Shown piece by piece: positions 1 to 8,188 of a DNA stretch of 20,293 bases (its first letter is position 1; every line of letters starts with the position of its first letter). The position numbers were made by a program, and so were the translations under genes. The notes under the pieces are model-generated. The model saw nothing but the letters and a program-made list of their open reading frames with translations. It had not been told where the DNA came from and ran no database searches. The stretch lies in IMG/VR virus record IMGVR_UViG_3300044911_003846; one strand, written 5' to 3'. Source of the DNA: an uncultured virus (IMG/VR IMGVR_UViG_3300044911_003846) (taxonomy: Duplodnaviria > Heunggongvirae > Uroviricota > Caudoviricetes).

Positions 1-157
1 CCCGGATTTCTTGGCGCTTGGCCTCCGCCTCAGCGGCATCTCCACCAGGAATCTGTTTCATGATCACCTCGTCGTAAGGCTTGAACTCCTCTGCCCGCAT
101 GGCGCGACGCTTGTCGTGGCCAATGGCTTTAGCTTTATCCAGGTTGATGGTAATCAT
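1..157 (-). CDS. Tail fibre assembly/chaperone-like protein, partial (runs off the left edge; not in the ORF track)
   Basis: ATG at 157 overlaps the TGA of the upstream gene (ATGA). Reads MITINLDKAKAIGHDKRRAMRAEEFKPYDEVIMKQIPGGDAAEAEAKRQEIR with no stop to the edge, similar to small proteins that follow phage tail fibres. Confidence 0.75.
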   Translation of the reverse strand, partial: MITINLDKAKAIGHDKRRAMRAEEFKPYDEVIMKQIPGGDAAEAEAKRQEIR

Positions 158-399
158 TGGGCTGCCTCCTTGGCGGCGAAGTAAGCGTCGGCACCGATGC
201 CGTAACCGTCAGGGTTGCTGAAGTCAGCCTCCCAAGCGTTACGGAAGGTGCGGTCAGATGGCACACTGTCAGCAGGAATAAACAGGTAAGGGACGCCAGC
301 AGGGACATCTTTTTGAGCAACTTCTTCGATGCTCAGCTCACCCGTGGGAATGACGACAGAGATGCCGCCGGTTTCGTTTGGATAGATGATTTTTGTCAT
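154..399 (-). CDS. Small tail-fibre-associated protein (81 aa)
   Basis: KIIYPNETGGISVVIP...KDVPAGVPY...PSDRTFRNAWEAD is a pattern typical of proteins downstream of tail fibres. SD-like GAGGTG upstream. Confidence 0.8.
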   Translation of the reverse strand: MTKIIYPNETGGISVVIPTGELSIEEVAQKDVPAGVPYLFIPADSVPSDRTFRNAWEADFSNPDGYGIGADAYFAAKEAAQ

Positions 400-408
400 G
401 GAGACACC

Positions 409-1917
409 TCAACGGAAGACGGAGACGGATATGTTTGCAATATCCGCAGCGGTGCTAATTGCAGTAACCTGAAACGTGCCAACTTCTACTTGCGTGGTGG
501 TACTCGGCTGACAAGATACAAGAGCAAATGCAACACCGGTATTGATTCCCGTGGCAGCGACTGAATAATTAGTATCCGGCATAGCATTTGAAAGATTAAC
601 TCCGTATGCTCCAACGGCAGCATCCGTAATGCTACTTACATTGCCACTAGCCCGTACAGCAGGTGTTCCTGTTCCGTTAAAATTAACCCAAGCTCTTGCA
701 AAGAAAGCAGGGTATAAAGTGGCGTTACCAGGAACAACGGCAGACAGTTGACCATTGCTCGCAATGCGTAGACGCTCTGTTGGGCTGCTTGCACCATCGG
801 CGGTAGTGGAGAACACTAACCTGCCCGGCATGTCGTTAGCACCGGGTGTGCCGTCTACTACCGCTACAATATTTGCTGCAGAAACAAGATCAGTACCATC
901 CGCACCCTGGAAGTGAATGCTTCCGATCGTATCTCCATCTGCAACAACAGTAACAGCTCCGTTAGTTGTGCCACGAGAGCGCGCTAAAACTAAATTTGTA
1001 TTTGCTCCAGTTGCATTACAAGTGACCGAAAGCATTGATGTTGAAAAATCTGTACCTTCGACTTGAAAGCGTGGCGCAAATGTTGTGGCATTAAAAAAAT
1101 CGCTACGCGCAGAAGACGTGCCAACTAAAAAACGACCACTTGAATCACACCTGAATCTTTCGCTACCACTGTTAGCAAAGACGAGCTGAGTTGCATCTAG
1201 TTGAAGTGCCTCTCGGGAACCTGCACCCGTTAAAGATCGAAGAATGTTTGCAGTGCCACCTACCGGGTCAAATTGGAAATAGGCGGTTCCATCCGATACA
1301 GCTAGCTTGCCACCAGGCGAAGTAGTGCCAATCCCTACGTTGCCTGAACTATTAACAAACAACCGCCCCTGGCTATTAGTTGAGATAGCTACATTATTTG
1401 CCGAAGGAAGATAAACCCCGTTAGTGGGGACAGTACTGCTGGTGGGAATAAAACTCGGCGCCGTTAAAGAAGTAGTTGCTAATATTGCAGCCTGAACCGA
1501 ATTACTTGAGAACGAAACAACACCAGATCCGCTGCGATAGAATCCAGTGTCCGTATCCTGGTCAAAAGTAATGCTGGGAACTGCAGCACTACCATCTGGA
1601 TATGTAGCACCTGCATTGACGTAATCAGCGCCAGCAAGAATTACACCAAAAAAATCAGCACCAGTTGCTGGAGCCGAACTAAAAACAATATTGCCGCCAC
1701 TAAGACGAAAACCTTCAGCACCGGTATCGTCAGGTCGTTGAAGAACACCTGCAACGGAAATAAGACACTGTTGCGAGTTTAACGGCAGCGGTACAGGAGC
1801 TGCACCACGAACAAGGAGAGCGAAGGATGTGGTAGAACCATTGAAGGACCCACTGATGTCGTCAATGTTGACATAAGTGGGATAGGCAACCTTTAGGTCA
1901 TTACCAAGATAGGCCAC
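409..1917 (-). CDS. Tail fibre protein (502 aa)
   Basis: GTG start. N-terminal MAYLGN...FNGSTTSF module, PSITFDQDTDTGFY, repeated SSGNVGIGTTSP / ERLRIASNG fibre motifs and a C-terminal ARAWVNFNG...SGNVSSITD tip domain. Confidence 0.85.
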   Translation of the reverse strand: MAYLGNDLKVAYPTYVNIDDISGSFNGSTTSFALLVRGAAPVPLPLNSQQCLISVAGVLQRPDDTGAEGFRLSGGNIVFSSAPATGADFFGVILAGADYVNAGATYPDGSAAVPSITFDQDTDTGFYRSGSGVVSFSSNSVQAAILATTSLTAPSFIPTSSTVPTNGVYLPSANNVAISTNSQGRLFVNSSGNVGIGTTSPGGKLAVSDGTAYFQFDPVGGTANILRSLTGAGSREALQLDATQLVFANSGSERFRCDSSGRFLVGTSSARSDFFNATTFAPRFQVEGTDFSTSMLSVTCNATGANTNLVLARSRGTTNGAVTVVADGDTIGSIHFQGADGTDLVSAANIVAVVDGTPGANDMPGRLVFSTTADGASSPTERLRIASNGQLSAVVPGNATLYPAFFARAWVNFNGTGTPAVRASGNVSSITDAAVGAYGVNLSNAMPDTNYSVAATGINTGVAFALVSCQPSTTTQVEVGTFQVTAISTAADIANISVSVFR

Positions 1918-1944
1918 AGCGTCTCTTTATTAACTCAATTATGT

Positions 1945-2343
1945 TTATTCTACTGGAGTGCTGTTTGGACCGTCAGTAGATGGTTGTTTTGGCCAGACCA
2001 CAGATTCTGGACCAGCTTTAGCAAAGGTTTGAGGAAGATCACGCAGAATCTGACGGTACGCAGCCCACTGTGCTTGATCGACTGAAGCATCCGGAGTCAT
2101 GGTCCAGTCTGTGTCACGGATGATTTGATCACGTTTTTCGCGGATTGAATCCCAGGTGACGGGGGCTACGGGTGCAGGCTCGGGGGTGTTGCCCGCTTCT
2201 AGCCAGGCGAGGTAGGCCTGGTAGTCGGTGTTGGCAGGGTCGGCAGGTACGCCGTATGTTTTGCCGCCTTCATCAGTAATCACAATGGAAGTGGTATTTC
2301 CACTAAGAGGATCACTGCAGAGCCTTGCTGTACTGATTTTCAT
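1945..2343 (-). CDS. Tail fibre assembly chaperone (Phage_tail_APC-like)
   Basis: PADPANTDYQAYLAW followed by WDSIREKRDQIIRDTDWT...WAAYRQILRDLPQ...WP, the characteristic chaperone motif. Confidence 0.85.
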   Translation of the reverse strand: MKISTARLCSDPLSGNTTSIVITDEGGKTYGVPADPANTDYQAYLAWLEAGNTPEPAPVAPVTWDSIREKRDQIIRDTDWTMTPDASVDQAQWAAYRQILRDLPQTFAKAGPESVVWPKQPSTDGPNSTPVE

Positions 2344-3350
2344 AGTTCTGCTCCGGTAAGTTCGACAAAGCCGGTTGACTGCATTAGGACTTTTGCGGCT
2401 AAACCTACTGTTGTGTTTAGGCCGCTTGTGTTTAAATCGGCATCAACATTGTTAACAGTAGTGAAACTACCTGAAACTGAGACCGCGCCGCCTATTGCCG
2501 CGTTCCAGCCTAGACAATTAGTGAACGATATTGTCGGGGCGGCCCTCATTGGGGGCTCCAATGTAAAACCCCATCGAGCTATTGTAGAGGCACCATTGCT
2601 GGCGCCGCTTCCAATACTAGTGTATAAAGCGCCGCTGTTGTTGTATCTGCGATAATACCTCTGACACAACGCCAGCTCCTGCCCGTAGCTCCTGCGCTCA
2701 AAGGCGGTTGCTGACGAGCCAGCCTCTAATTGAACGTCACCAATTGTCCATGTGCCAGAAGTTTGCGCCCCTACTGTAAATACAATTTCAATTCCAGTGG
2801 TGGCTGCAGCAGGTATACTGATGCTGGCACTGTAACGGGTAACCGTACTATTAACAGTAAACGTTCCAGTAGCAATCTGCGTTCGCGTAGGACTGGCTAA
2901 TGTTCCAAACGTATCTGCGGTGTTGGCATAAAAAGCCGTCCAAGTGACAGACGTAAGAAGAGAGTTGGCGAGGTCAACGCTCAGTGTTGCTGTGGTTGTA
3001 TTAAGGTCGTAGCTGTTTAACTGTTCAATTCGTTGCGCAAAACCAATTGCCGTTACGCTAGAGGCGCCAGTAAATCGATAACGATATTGATCTGCTCCGG
3101 TCCCTGCTACTCTTTGTCCTGTAACATTGGCACCAGTGCAGTAACCGTACCAACGATCTACAGCATAAGCAAGTGCAGCACCTGCTGTAAAGGTTTGAGA
3201 GGCTCCAGCATTCCGCTGGTCCACCGCCATTGCGCCGTTAATGATTTTATTTTTAAACGGACCTGTCTGAGAAAAAACGTTACCAGTTGTGGAGTTACTG
3301 GATGCACCAGATCCACTGAGGCCACTTGTTTCAACCTGTGTTAATGGCAT
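2340..3350 (-). CDS. Tail fibre / receptor-binding protein with carbohydrate-binding-like domain (336 aa)
   Basis: KNKIINGAMAVDQR...DRW and VQLEAGSSATAFERRSYGQELALCQRYY motifs, common in phage fibre proteins. Confidence 0.8.
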   Translation of the reverse strand: MPLTQVETSGLSGSGASSNSTTGNVFSQTGPFKNKIINGAMAVDQRNAGASQTFTAGAALAYAVDRWYGYCTGANVTGQRVAGTGADQYRYRFTGASSVTAIGFAQRIEQLNSYDLNTTTATLSVDLANSLLTSVTWTAFYANTADTFGTLASPTRTQIATGTFTVNSTVTRYSASISIPAAATTGIEIVFTVGAQTSGTWTIGDVQLEAGSSATAFERRSYGQELALCQRYYRRYNNSGALYTSIGSGASNGASTIARWGFTLEPPMRAAPTISFTNCLGWNAAIGGAVSVSGSFTTVNNVDADLNTSGLNTTVGLAAKVLMQSTGFVELTGAEL

Positions 3351-3365
3351 TATCTTGACCTCCTA

Positions 3366-3707
3366 TCAGGTTTGCTCAAGGTAGCTGACGGCAATGTCCA
3401 AAGCAGTGGCTGTATCGGCGCGAGCCCTCAGCACATCGCTGGACTCCATGATGATCTTGTTGCCGCTGATGATCTCAAGGGAAGAGCCGGCAGGAACTGG
3501 AGCATTACGGATCAAATAAACATCATCACCAGTATTAGTTACTAAATAAACATCAACGTTGGCACTGCTTCCGGTTTTGTTTGAAACCATGGCACTCAGC
3601 AGAATGAGGGTCGCAGATGCACCTGCACTTAATACGTTGGTCGTCGAAAGACTGACCGCGTCTGTAACCAAGCTAGATTTGGTGTCAATCTTAAAGGTAT
3701 TGGCCAT
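3366..3707 (-). CDS. Small beta-rich tail adaptor protein (MANTFK type, 113 aa)
   Basis: MANTFK start and LIRNAPVPAGSSLEIISGNKIIMESSDVL motif; lies among the fibre genes. Confidence 0.75.
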   Translation of the reverse strand: MANTFKIDTKSSLVTDAVSLSTTNVLSAGASATLILLSAMVSNKTGSSANVDVYLVTNTGDDVYLIRNAPVPAGSSLEIISGNKIIMESSDVLRARADTATALDIAVSYLEQT

Positions 3708-3708
3708 A

Positions 3709-4113
3709 TCAGCTCAAAGCAACAATAAGTGCGAGGTTTTCAGTTGAATTAAAGTTCCCTGTCAGCGTCAAACTACCAGTAATAGCGACGTTGCCAGGAA
3801 TGGTGACTGCACCAGATGAATCTATTGTAAGTCTAACAACACCACCTGTCACCAAGGCAATTTGATCAGCACCAGGACTAATAAGCCCTGTATTGGAATC
3901 ATTGGCAAATTTTAAAGCACAGCTACTGAGAGAACCCAAAGACAGAGCAGAGTTAGTGCCATCTTCCCGGAGGAGAGGATAACCACCTGCTTGGCTACCG
4001 TTGTGGACAACACAAGTTTGCTTAACAGTATCAACGGTAACTTCACCTACAGCACCCGTAAAAGTTGCGGTTTCAGCAGATGTACCACGACGGAATTGTA
4101 CTTGAGTTGCCAT
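3709..4113 (-). CDS. Short fibre protein with Mtd_N/hyaluronidase-N-like domain
   Basis: QVQFRRGT...FTGAVGEVTVDT...VVHNGSQAGG matches the major tropism determinant N-terminal domain pattern. Ends in hydrophobic NLALIVALS. Confidence 0.8.
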   Translation of the reverse strand: MATQVQFRRGTSAETATFTGAVGEVTVDTVKQTCVVHNGSQAGGYPLLREDGTNSALSLGSLSSCALKFANDSNTGLISPGADQIALVTGGVVRLTIDSSGAVTIPGNVAITGSLTLTGNFNSTENLALIVALS

Positions 4114-4117
4114 AATC

Positions 4118-6373
4118 TTATCCTAATGCAATTGCAATTGCAGTGGCAAAATCTTGTGTAGCAACAGTGCCAGTTTCATCCGGCAATGTCACGGTTTGAT
4201 TAGCGGTTAGTGTTGCAGGGGTAATTGAAGCGGAAAATGAACCTGAACCCCCCGCTCGTCCAGTGATAACAATTCCATCCTGTGTTGCGGCCCGGCGAAA
4301 AACTTGTCCCGTTGCATTTGTAAATGTATTTGCCCCGGTAAAGGCATTGTTAGCACCTAAATAAGCAACAGTGCCACCAGCTCCGAATGCAACCGACGAT
4401 GCATCCGTACCTGAAAAAGTTAAAGTATTAGATACAGTAAGAGTTTTACCATCTGCAATGGTTAAAGTGGCACTAGTAGCTGGTGCTGTAATTGCAACTT
4501 TATTAATTGATGTCGCGCTAGCAACACCCAAAGATGGAGTCGTAAGTGATGGTGACGTTGCAAAAACAAGCAAGCCAGTACCGGTTTCATTGGTTACAGC
4601 GGCTGCTAAGTTAGCGCTAGTTGGCGTTGCAAGAAATGTTGCAATACCTGTAGCAAGGCCAGAAATGCCGGTAGAGATAGGCAATCCAGTGCAGTTTGTT
4701 AATGTTCCAGACGCCGGTGTTCCTAAAGCAGGGGTGATAAATGTAGGTGAATTATTAAAAACAAGCAAGCCGGTACCGGTTTCATCGGTTACAGCGGCTG
4801 CTAAGTTAGCGCTAGTTGGCGTTGCAAGAAATGTTGCAATACCTGTAGCAAGACCAGAAATACCGGTAGAGACAGGCAATCCAGTGCAGTTTGTTAATGT
4901 TCCAGACGCCGGTGTTCCTAAAGTAGGGGTGATAAATGTAGGTGAATTATTAAAAACAAGCAAGCCAGTACCGGTTTCATTGGTTACAGCGGCTGCCAAG
5001 TTGGCGCTAGTTGGCGTTGCAAGAAATGTTGCAATACCTGTAGCAAGACCAGAAATACCGGTAGAGACAGGCAATCCAGTGCAGTTTGTTAATGTTCCAG
5101 ACGCCGGTGTTCCTAAAGTAGGGGTGATAAATGTAGGTGAATTATTAAAAACAAGCAAGCCGGTACCGGTTTCATCGCTAATAACCCCAGCCAATTCCGC
5201 TGAAGTTGTCGCCGCAAAAAACGATAATTTATTACCACTTAAGGCAATTGTTCCGTCTAAATCCTGTACGGTTAGTGTTCGTGTGGTTGCAGCTGTAATA
5301 CTTGAGGCACTAAAAGCAATTTGCTTTGTAATATCAGTCGTATTACGAATCCGGAATCCGCTGTCATTAGTGGTAATTCCAGTGGAAGTTACCGATGTCA
5401 AACCAGTGAGTGTCGTCGAGCTGCTGCCAAGTGCAATAGCAGTGCTTCCAACAGTAATTGAGCTATTTGCTAATTGAGAGTTGGGGATTGCGCTGGTACC
5501 GAACTGACCCGTGGTGCTGTTGTAAGTTAATCCCGAACCAACTGCGACACTAAGTGCGCCGCGAATATTGGCGTCGGTAACAACAGCAAAAGCATAATTA
5601 CCGGTGGTACTGTTATACGTTAAAGATCCGTAACCCGTACCAGTTGTAGAGGCACTTAATGCGCCTCTGATGTTGGCATCTGTAACAACAGCGTAACTAA
5701 AAGCTCCGGTAGCACTGTTGTAAGAAAGCGAACCATAGCCAGTGCCAGTATTTGCAGCACTGAGGGAAGTCAGAAGAGCAACGGTACCAGCGGCATCAGG
5801 AAACGTAATAGTGCGATCAGCTGTTGGGTTGGTAACAGTAAGAGTTGTTTCAAAAGCATCAACTCCAGAGCCTTCAAAAACAATGCCAGTGCTATCCAGC
5901 TGGATGGTGTTTGCGGCTCCAGCAGCACCTCCAGCAATCAGTGTTGTAGAACTGAGACTCGTAAGGCCTGCAACGGTGGTTGCTGTGCCTCCAAGAGAAA
6001 CAGAAGTGGATCCAATCGTAACTGAACTATTGGCCAGCTGGGAGTTGGGGATGGCACTGGTGCCAAAAACCCCGGTGCTGCTGTTATATGTAAGTCCCGA
6101 ACCAGCAGCGACACTGAGTGCCCCACGAATATTGGCGTCGGTAACAACAGAAAACGTAATAACGCCCGTAGCGGAACTATAAGAAAGTGCTCCATATCCT
6201 GTACCGCTTGTGCTTACGGAGATGGCACCACGAGCGCGAGCATCCGTGTAATAAAGACGGGTTCCTTCCGCTAAATCAGTTGTAGAGTTACCAGCAAAAT
6301 CAAGCTTATCGGTAGGAGTATTGACCTCCTCAAATAAACCGCTAACAAGACAAAGTGCTTTTCTAGTTGCCAT
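4118..6373 (-). CDS. Long repetitive tail fibre (751 aa)
   Basis: Thr/Ser/Gly/Ala-rich. Contains TTDLAEGTRLYYTDARAR, FEGSGVDAFETTLTVTNPTADRTITFPDAAGTV and DETGTGLLVF repeats. Ends in FATAIAIALG. Confidence 0.85.
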   Translation of the reverse strand: MATRKALCLVSGLFEEVNTPTDKLDFAGNSTTDLAEGTRLYYTDARARGAISVSTSGTGYGALSYSSATGVITFSVVTDANIRGALSVAAGSGLTYNSSTGVFGTSAIPNSQLANSSVTIGSTSVSLGGTATTVAGLTSLSSTTLIAGGAAGAANTIQLDSTGIVFEGSGVDAFETTLTVTNPTADRTITFPDAAGTVALLTSLSAANTGTGYGSLSYNSATGAFSYAVVTDANIRGALSASTTGTGYGSLTYNSTTGNYAFAVVTDANIRGALSVAVGSGLTYNSTTGQFGTSAIPNSQLANSSITVGSTAIALGSSSTTLTGLTSVTSTGITTNDSGFRIRNTTDITKQIAFSASSITAATTRTLTVQDLDGTIALSGNKLSFFAATTSAELAGVISDETGTGLLVFNNSPTFITPTLGTPASGTLTNCTGLPVSTGISGLATGIATFLATPTSANLAAAVTNETGTGLLVFNNSPTFITPTLGTPASGTLTNCTGLPVSTGISGLATGIATFLATPTSANLAAAVTDETGTGLLVFNNSPTFITPALGTPASGTLTNCTGLPISTGISGLATGIATFLATPTSANLAAAVTNETGTGLLVFATSPSLTTPSLGVASATSINKVAITAPATSATLTIADGKTLTVSNTLTFSGTDASSVAFGAGGTVAYLGANNAFTGANTFTNATGQVFRRAATQDGIVITGRAGGSGSFSASITPATLTANQTVTLPDETGTVATQDFATAIAIALG
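4562..5176. repeat. Tandem 195-bp (65-aa) near-identical coding repeat, about 3.1 copies
   Basis: caagcaagcc(a/g)gtaccggtttcat recurs at 4567, 4762, 4957 and 5152 (exact 195-nt period) with only a few substitutions between units. Confidence 0.95.
5440..6210 (-). repeat. Diverged coding repeats in the fibre N-terminal half
   Basis: GTGYGxLxYxSxTG...VVTDANIRGALS occurs three times (about 6120-6205, 5655-5750, 5550-5640). GSGLTYNSxTGxFGTSAIPNSQLANSS occurs twice. Confidence 0.85.
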
Positions 6374-6448
6374 TTTTAGCTCTACTTGACTCCTCTTAGA
6401 ATCCTAAGATTGCGCCTTTAGTTATACCCATCCTACCAACAGTACCGT

Positions 6449-6913
6449 TCACGCCAGTAAGATGGGTGGTTCCAGCTGAACAGTTAACTCTGCTGCACTT
6501 GCGGCCTCGCCAACGCGAGTAACATAGTGACCAGCAGTCGATGGTGGCGTAGAGGTGATTGTACCTGCGCTGACCGCTGATAAATAATAAATAGCCCCTG
6601 GGGACAGGCCAGAATTTGGTGCAACACCGACGATTGAAACGCGAACCAGTTCTCCAGAGAGCTTTGTTGTTTGGGCAAAACCGATGACATTGGCCTTATC
6701 AAATGTATCGTTTGCAATTGCACGCCCCACTTTACCGTCACTAGAGCGGGCGTAAAGAGCCTCTCCCTGATTAATATTTTCAAATGCCAAAGCCTGAAAG
6801 CCAGCAACTGAGTATGGGATTTTTTCGGCCATTGTTGACTTTAGATCAATCAATGCCTCGGTCAGTCCCTGATTATTTGGAGCGTAAGGCTCGTAATTAC
6901 TAATCCCAGACAT
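6449..6913 (-). CDS. Virion structural protein, paralog A (154 aa; DUF2190/cement-like fold suspected)
   Basis: ALYARSSDGKVG...IGFA...PGAIYYLS...GTITSTPPS...YVTRVGEA...QLEPPI; clearly paralogous to the adjacent gene. Confidence 0.75.
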   Translation of the reverse strand: MSGISNYEPYAPNNQGLTEALIDLKSTMAEKIPYSVAGFQALAFENINQGEALYARSSDGKVGRAIANDTFDKANVIGFAQTTKLSGELVRVSIVGVAPNSGLSPGAIYYLSAVSAGTITSTPPSTAGHYVTRVGEAASAAELTVQLEPPILLA

Positions 6914-7440
6914 TAAGACAGCCGAATAGGTGGTTCTAATTGAATACTAAAATCAGCTGCGGTAGCACCTTCTCCGACACGGGTAACATATTGTCCCGCA
7001 ACGGCTGGTGCTGTCGTTGTAATTACTCCTGCTGTACTACTTAAAAAATAAACATCTCCAGGGTCAACAACAAATGGCATCGTTTTAACACCTGCAACCA
7101 AAACCTTGACAATTTCTCCAGTATTTGCGGCAGTATTAGCAAAGCCAACAACCAATGCTTCATCCGCTGTACCATCAGCTTGTGCCAAACCAACTTTTCC
7201 ATCACTACTGCGCATATAAAGAGCTGCTCCGTCGGTCACTGGTTCAAATGTAAGCGCATTAAAACCAACACGGGAAGGTGCAAAAACAGGAAAGCCGTCC
7301 TTGAGATCAATAATTGCATCAACCAAACCACGATAATTTGGTTCATACGGTCGGCGAGTCATCGTAAACTCATTGGCCGTCATCAGATCAACCAAAACGG
7401 CAATTGCGCCCTCTATATTCGGTTCGTATCCGGTTGACAT
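6913..7440 (-). CDS. Virion structural protein, paralog B (175 aa)
   Basis: Same C-terminal domain as 6449..6913, plus two YEPN...G...(I/V)DL N-terminal repeats. TAATG stop/start coupling with the downstream gene. Confidence 0.75.
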   Translation of the reverse strand: MSTGYEPNIEGAIAVLVDLMTANEFTMTRRPYEPNYRGLVDAIIDLKDGFPVFAPSRVGFNALTFEPVTDGAALYMRSSDGKVGLAQADGTADEALVVGFANTAANTGEIVKVLVAGVKTMPFVVDPGDVYFLSSTAGVITTTAPAVAGQYVTRVGEGATAADFSIQLEPPIRLS

Positions 7441-7462
7441 CGACTTCTACCTTCGTATCAAC

Positions 7463-7489
7463 ATTCTAAGTTGGTACTTACTCTAGAAT
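7463..7489. promoter_or_regulatory. Back-to-back divergent -10 boxes (TAGAAT on each strand)
   Basis: Minus-strand TAGAAT at 7463-7468 and plus-strand TAGAAT at 7484-7489, each 22 nt upstream of its start codon (7440 and 7512). Confidence 0.6.
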
Positions 7490-7511
7490 AGAGAAAAAAT
7501 ATACAGTAAAA

Positions 7512-7760
7512 GTGTCGCCGGAATTAATTGCAGCTGTATTATCTGGCAGTATCGGCGCTTTTGCTGGTCTGTCCAGGGCTTTAAGCAATTTTAATCGCCG
7601 TATTGAACGTCGATTTGAAATAATTGAACGGAACTTGGATAGTTTCCAAGACCGGGTGATCCGTGATTATGTACTGAAAGAGGACTTTCTTAGAGAGGTC
7701 CAGGCGGTACATACAAAATTAGATCGGATCCTGGACCATATCCTTAACCATCCTCACTAA
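7512..7760 (+). CDS. Small membrane-anchored coiled-coil protein (holin/antiholin-like candidate); only plus-strand gene
   Basis: GTG start, N-terminal hydrophobic segment LIAAVLSGSIGAFAGL, then a heptad pattern ending YVLKEDF...KLDRILD. Exactly fills the gap between minus-strand genes. Confidence 0.75.
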   Translation: MSPELIAAVLSGSIGAFAGLSRALSNFNRRIERRFEIIERNLDSFQDRVIRDYVLKEDFLREVQAVHTKLDRILDHILNHPH

Positions 7761-8186
7761 TTAAATAGCAATCCAAGCAGCAGTAGCAGCGTTATACATA
7801 AACAATCCGGGGATTAGCTGGTCGTAGTGAAGTTGCCCATCGGTTGGGTTGACCGGCTTTCCGTTGCTATTAGAGACTACTGCTTTCGGCGTTCTCCACG
7901 TAGTACCGTCATACAGTTTGAAGATATAGGTGCTTGATGTATCGAGCCAGGACTCTCCTTTACTAAATAAGGTAAAACCAGCCGCTGGGGTGTTCGGTGA
8001 TGTGGCGCCGATAAATGTTGGACCAACCTTAATTAAACCAGTAGAGGGGGTCGCTGTATTGTCAGCAAAATACAATCCAGGATCGCCGGGATTATTATTA
8101 ACGGCTAACTCGGCTACACCCAAACGAATCGGGAATGGCCTGTCGTACAGAACCGACGACCTACGAGATAAGATCTGAACAGCCAT
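7761..8186 (-). CDS. Short tail-fibre-like structural protein (141 aa)
   Basis: QILSRRSS...RP...ELAVN...PGLYF...LIKVGP and GESWLDTS / GQLHYD...YNAATAAW motifs, typical of fibre N-termini. Confidence 0.75.
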   Translation of the reverse strand: MAVQILSRRSSVLYDRPFPIRLGVAELAVNNNPGDPGLYFADNTATPSTGLIKVGPTFIGATSPNTPAAGFTLFSKGESWLDTSSTYIFKLYDGTTWRTPKAVVSNSNGKPVNPTDGQLHYDQLIPGLFMYNAATAAWIAI

Positions 8187-8188
8187 CG

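Noticed and set aside
3709..4113. Diversity-generating retroelement suggested by the Mtd_N-like domain
   Set aside because: No reverse transcriptase, and I saw no TR/VR pair with adenine-specific mismatches in the window; Mtd_N is a generic fibre domain.
4562..5176. CRISPR-like array
   Set aside because: Units are contiguous 195-bp in-frame coding repeats without unique spacers.
4371..6182. Plus-strand ORFs 4371..5477 and 5742..6182
   Set aside because: Antisense to the repetitive Thr/Gly/Ala-rich fibre; openness is explained by composition and repeats.
6394..6409. Small hairpin TCTTAG-N4-CTAAGA upstream of the long fibre gene as a terminator
   Set aside because: AT-rich 6-bp stem without a U-tract; too weak to call, at most a leader element next to GGAG.
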